A stretch of 62,165 nt of DNA, the filler included, from an uncultured virus (IMG/VR IMGVR_UViG_2049941000_000131) (Duplodnaviria; Heunggongvirae; Uroviricota; Caudoviricetes). It is 7 parts of one record of this genome, joined end to end, with 100 filler letters (N's around TTAATTAATTAA, not from the genome) between each part and the next. Parts side by side here need not be neighbours in the genome. Positions count along the whole stretch, not along the records: positions 50,499 to 62,165 come from IMGVR_UViG_2049941000_000131; 6 more parts are not named here. One strand, given 5' to 3'. The notes below the pieces were generated by a model. It worked only from the letters and a program-made list of their open reading frames with translations, was not told where the DNA came from and did not search any database. The position numbers were made by a program, and so were the translations under genes. Below, piece by piece: positions 58,084 through 62,165 of the stretch (position 1 is its first letter; every line of letters starts with the position of its first letter).

Positions 58084-59564
58084 GAACCTTTTTAAATCCG
58101 TTGGTGTATTCAAACATTGCGTAATAGCCTATTGTCGGGGTTTTCTCACGCTCGTCAACATCCTGAATTGGATTGAGAATAATCTCTTCGTCAAACGGAT
58201 TATACGAAACAAGCTCGCCCTCTTTGATCTCCATGACGTTAATTTTTTTGTAGTTGCCCGAACGGATAGCAAGCTGTAAGTAACCTTTATCATTTATACC
58301 AACGATTTACCATTTGCGTTGGATTAGACTATCTCTTCATCTCACAAGATGCCGTGCGCTTGGAGTGGTAACTCATCTTCCACTCTACACAGTTACATTC
58401 ATCACTGTTAGTCGTTACACTACAAGTATCGGTAATGCTTTCCCTTGCAAGTCTTATATTTACCTTTCAAGTGTCCGCATAACGTAGACAGTCCGTATTT
58501 TTCATTTGCGTCTTTTATAGACTTAAATACTTCGCCTGTCTCAATACAAATGACTGGTTTATTACGATAACTATTATCTCTGTGTCGGCCTTTAAGCTTT
58601 GCACATCTCTTTTTTATCGTTTCTTGGCTTTGCTTTTTGCCAAGATTTGCGTTTCTGAGCTTTTCTCTTGTTTCCTCAGAAACACTGTGTCCTACCTGCG
58701 GCCCTTTAAGATTGTTCTTTATAATCTGAGCTTTTTCTTCTTCTGTTTTGGAGTCCCATTGTTTTTTCCCGGCTTCTCTCAATTTTTCCTTTGTTTCCTC
58801 GCTAAAAGATATTCCGGTAACTCCACGTCCCCCACGCGTCCTGTTATATTCGGGCTTTAATTTTTCTATCCAAAAAATTTCCCGTTCGTCTAACAGAGAC
58901 TTGTCACATTCTTCCAAGACTTCAAAAGAGAAATTATCATATCCGTACTTATTATACGCACGTTTAAGGCTTTGGTTGGATTCGCTGCAAATATATTTGT
59001 GTTCTTTTTTTCTGCGTTGTATATCTACGCTTTGACCGATATATTTTTTTCCATTTACAAGATTTTTTATTAAGTAAATGCCAGTCATAATGTATCACCT
59101 CAAATACATTATAGCACGGTGTTGCCCTTATGTCAATTCTTTTTAGGATATAGAGGCTGTGGAGGGTTTCCACCGTTAGCACATAAAACTGTACACCCCT
59201 GAGTAATAGGGTTCACACGGTTTTACTTGACCCATTAGGTTAAGCCAAGAATGAACGTTGCGTCAAAATGTTCGGGAATACCGTTTTTTGCTTTCACCTT
59301 GAACGGCACAAGGTAGTAATGTCCTAATTGTGGGGAATGAGCCAAATTAAGGCTCTCAGCCAAAAGTGAACCGCTTAAAATTGTCTTGGCTTCACAGGTC
59401 TGCAATTGTGGATTAGTCGCAACAGCTGACATAATTGCAGCTGTGTAGCGTTCTGCTTTTTTGGGATTTCCCAGCGTCTGTTGAATTAATTTCTGATATG
59501 TATCGCTCTTGATTACCATTGAAAATTTAGGCTTCTGTGCAGCCAATGCGTTGTTGTTTGCCAT
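58084..59564 (-). CDS. recT: RecT-family annealase split by a group I intron (exons 59564..59243 and 58290..gap)
   Basis: SAVA.NP.L..C, L.L..SPQLG.YYLVPF, spliced FILG-Y-KGYLQLAIRSG; variant fragments 57871-58073. Confidence 0.9.
58291..59242 (-). mobile_element. Group I intron with GIY-YIG homing endonuclease
   Basis: Exon CUUGGCU pairs with intron GGUCAAG (7-bp P1, terminal U.G); intron ends in G; frame restored. Confidence 0.9.
58420..59088 (-). CDS. Intron-encoded GIY-YIG endonuclease with NUMOD3 repeats
   Basis: GIY.I.N..NGK.YIGQS, R...H, E..WI...YN; SEET.EK repeats. Confidence 0.93.
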   Translation of the reverse strand: MTGIYLIKNLVNGKKYIGQSVDIQRRKKEHKYICSESNQSLKRAYNKYGYDNFSFEVLEECDKSLLDEREIFWIEKLKPEYNRTRGGRGVTGISFSEETKEKLREAGKKQWDSKTEEEKAQIIKNNLKGPQVGHSVSEETREKLRNANLGKKQSQETIKKRCAKLKGRHRDNSYRNKPVICIETGEVFKSIKDANEKYGLSTLCGHLKGKYKTCKGKHYRYL

Positions 59565-59569
59565 GATTA

Positions 59570-60382
59570 TTAACCTCCGATAATTTGAATATTATTGTCT
59601 ATGATAAAGGCTTTGAGCGCCTTTAACTGCTCTTTTGTACCGCTCACAGTAAAAGTCATTCGATAAAGCTTGACCTCTTCTTTTGGCGGCTTTTCTTCCA
59701 CTACAGGCGGCGCAAGCGTTTCAACCTTTTTCACGGTTTCTTGCTTAACTTCTTCCTGTTGCGCCTTGCGTTCGGCTTCGAGTCTTGCTTCTTCAATCTC
59801 ACGTCTGCGGTTATTTACAATAGTCTGAGCCTGCGCTAAGTTCAAAGATTTTTTATACTCTGCCAATACCTCTATGTCGGTTATAGCTTGTACATCATCG
59901 TTAATTCTGTCGAGTTCGTCCGAAACTTTTTGCATCAAGCTGGACTCACTTGCTGATAAAGTAATATTAGGCATAACTCTGTTAATGTTGAGCCAGTCAA
60001 GAGAATATGAAGCCTTCAATTCCTCTGCAAATTTCAACACGTTTTCACGCTTTGAAGCTTTCAAGCCGTCTTCTACGCTGTCAATCTTTGCGTTTAGTTC
60101 GGTAACTGCTTTTTTGAAAGGAACTGTAACACACTCTTTATAGACTTCGTTAAAAGCCTCGTAAGGGGCATTTATAGCCTTTTTAACAGCTATTCGCCTG
60201 TCTTCATATTCTTTGCACTCTTTGTTAAGGTCTGCACGGATTTTCTTGATTTCTTTGTATGTATCCTCTGTGCAGCCCATAGCGACCGCCGCCGTGGTTC
60301 GGCTTTCAATGTCTTCTTTTAACTCTCTGAGCCGCTCTGTAATTACCGGCAGCTGCTTAACTACAATAAGGTTATCGATCAT
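59570..60382 (-). CDS. DUF1351-like coiled-coil protein (variant fragment 61622..61930)
   Basis: K..RA.LNK....ED.RI.VK.....PY..F; upstream of recT. Confidence 0.75.
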   Translation of the reverse strand: MIDNLIVVKQLPVITERLRELKEDIESRTTAAVAMGCTEDTYKEIKKIRADLNKECKEYEDRRIAVKKAINAPYEAFNEVYKECVTVPFKKAVTELNAKIDSVEDGLKASKRENVLKFAEELKASYSLDWLNINRVMPNITLSASESSLMQKVSDELDRINDDVQAITDIEVLAEYKKSLNLAQAQTIVNNRRREIEEARLEAERKAQQEEVKQETVKKVETLAPPVVEEKPPKEEVKLYRMTFTVSGTKEQLKALKAFIIDNNIQIIGG

Positions 60383-60581
60383 CTTCAAACATCTCCTTTT
60401 TTGCGTACGTTGTCCACGCGCATTTTTTGCAATAAACCTTGTCGTCAATAACTGTTATCGTGTCATCCTCAAAAATATCGTCAAGGCAAGAAAAGCAGAC
60501 ACCAAGCGGCTTTTCGTCATACCTTTTAGGCAGTTGGTTTTCATACTCCCTATATACTCGATCATCAAAAAAACTACTCAT
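60372..60581 (-). CDS. Small zinc-finger protein (homolog 2812..3003)
   Basis: C..C.DDIFE......YC..CA. Confidence 0.7.
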   Translation of the reverse strand: MSSFFDDRVYREYENQLPKRYDEKPLGVCFSCLDDIFEDDTITVIDDKVYCKKCAWTTYAKKEMFEDDR

Positions 60582-60909
60582 TGCAATGCTCCTTTTTCTC
60601 CCAGTCCTTGTAAATCTCGTCCATACGGTTTAAAACTCCTTGCAACTGCGTTAAAGTGTCTTCTTCATACAAATCCACACCAGCAAAATCTGTTATATGC
60701 TCGCATTCGGAATTATTGCTATATCCGTTTGCATGAGCACTAACCTCAAGAGTGCAAAGATGTCCCGATAAATCTATAAAGAATGTCGGTTTATCGCCTG
60801 TGGTTTCCTGATTTGTCCTTGTCGGATTGTAATCCAAGAAACGGTCTACAATCTCGTGAACCAATGCTCTTACCTCTGCCGTAATAGGCTTTTCTATAAA
60901 ATCTTTCAT
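60574..60909 (-). CDS. Conserved phage early protein
   Basis: Homolog of 2996..3331. Confidence 0.8.
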   Translation of the reverse strand: MKDFIEKPITAEVRALVHEIVDRFLDYNPTRTNQETTGDKPTFFIDLSGHLCTLEVSAHANGYSNNSECEHITDFAGVDLYEEDTLTQLQGVLNRMDEIYKDWEKKEHCNE

Positions 60910-60999
60910 TGACTTTTTCTCCTTTTTGCATTAGAATTAAATTGAAATTAATTTATATTTGCCGCCTGTTGGAATTGCCGATCCTAAGGCGGCTGTTTT
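60909..60999 (+). ncRNA. Putative antisense small RNA unit, copy 3
   Basis: TTGACT-17-TAGAAT; GCCGCC..GGAATTGCCGATCC..GGCGGC.TTTT. Confidence 0.55.
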
Positions 61000-61214
61000 C
61001 ATCTCACCTCCTCCCTTCTCCTGAATTTAATCTCAATCTGACCATTGATACGCTTGATACTGCAATCCAAATCTTCGTCACCGTTAAAATTAAATCTTGT
61101 TTGCAGTTCGGGCGTATCTACTTGTATGCAGCCGTTGCCGCCTTTTTGGTATTCTTCGCCGCAGCCGAACGTTTTCAGCCAAATAAAAAACTTGTGTATC
61201 ATCTTGCTTATCAC
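60999..61214 (-). CDS. Hypothetical protein
   Basis: Ends NGQIEIKFRRREE, like the gene ends preceding 2756 and 4567. Confidence 0.6.
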   Translation of the reverse strand: MISKMIHKFFIWLKTFGCGEEYQKGGNGCIQVDTPELQTRFNFNGDEDLDCSIKRINGQIEIKFRRREEVR

Positions 61215-61930
61215 TCCTTAAATTCCTCAACCTCATAATCCGAGNNNNNNNNNNNNNNNNNNNNNNNNNNNNNNNNNNNNNNNNNNNNNNNNNNNNNNNN
61301 NNNNNNNNNNNNNNNNNNNNNNNNNNNNNNNNNNNNNNNNNNNNNNNNNNNNNNNNNNNNNNNNNNNNNNNNNNNNNNNNNNNNNNNNNNNNNNNNNNNN
61401 NNNNNNNNNNNNNNNNNNNNNNNNNNNNNNNNNNNNNNNNNNNNNNNNNNNNNNNNNNNNNNNNNNNNNNNNNNNNNNNNNNNNNNNNNNNNNNNNNNNN
61501 NNNNNNNNNNNNNNNNNNNNNNNNNNNNNNNNNNNNNNNNNNNNNNNNNNNNNNNNNNNNNNNNNNNNNNNNNNNNNNNNNNNNNNNNNNNNNNNNNNNN
61601 NNNNNNNNNNNNNNNNNNNNNCGCAAGCGTTTCAACCTTTTTTACGGCTTTACGCTTAACTTCTTCCTGCTGCGCCTTGCGTTCGGCTTCAAGTCTTGCT
61701 TCTTCGATCTCACGCTTGCGATTGTTCACGATAGTCTGAGCCTGCGCTAAGTTCAAAGATTTTTTATACTCTGCCAAAACCTCAATGTCGGTTACAGCTT
61801 GTACATCATCGTTAATTCTGTCGAGTTCGTCCGAAACTTTTTGCANNNNNNNNNNNNNNNNNNNNNNNNNNNNNNNNNNNNNNNNNNNNNNNNTCGGCAA
61901 CTGCTTAACTACAATAAGGTTATCGATCAA

Positions 61931-62158
61931 TTACTTCAACCTCTCTTTCTTATCTGTCAACCCTAAAAGATAGTCGGTAGATACGTTAAAAAACGTTGCT
62001 AAATCCATCAAGGCTTTTCCGTTAGGAATCCTCACGCCTGTTTCCCACTTCCAAAACGCCTCTTTACTGTAGCCGATTTTTCTTTCACATTGGGTTCGTT
62101 TAAGCCCTGAGCGTTCACGCAGGTCTCTCAAACGTTTACCAAAAAGGTTATCGATCAT
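61931..62158 (-). CDS. XRE-family HTH regulator
   Basis: FG.RL..LR, WE.G.R.P....L..LA.FF.VSTDYLLGLTD. Confidence 0.88.
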   Translation of the reverse strand: MIDNLFGKRLRDLRERSGLKRTQCERKIGYSKEAFWKWETGVRIPNGKALMDLATFFNVSTDYLLGLTDKKERLK

Positions 62159-62165
62159 CTTCAAA

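Overview
This window is not a single replicon. It is a set of gapped scaffolds joined by N-TTAATTAATTAA-N linkers, plus many 10-N joins, from at least two or three closely related temperate siphoviruses of a low-GC Firmicute (probably Clostridia) host. One ungapped 25.5-kb contig (23870-49360, minus strand) carries an SPP1-like packaging/head/tail module, two DNA methyltransferases, a tRNA with a UAU anticodon, and a complete array-less type IV-B CRISPR-Cas-like cassette (csf1-cas11-csf2-csf3-cysH) that is missing from the equivalent locus of the sibling phage in this window. A second ungapped block (5973-13649) holds the lysis genes, a Tad1 anti-Thoeris sponge, promoter-bearing moron cassettes and an uncharacterised seven-gene Gly/Gln/Cys-rich operon headed by a putative cysteine peptidase. 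Two group I introns with homing endonucleases can be spliced by eye (in an HK97-gp10-like gene and in recT). Also present: a free-standing HNH gene that displaced a methyltransferase C-terminus, a -1 frameshift in the tail chaperone, a recurrent antisense small RNA, and recurrent phased A-tract/inverted-repeat elements. All family calls come from motif recognition by eye; no database search was run.
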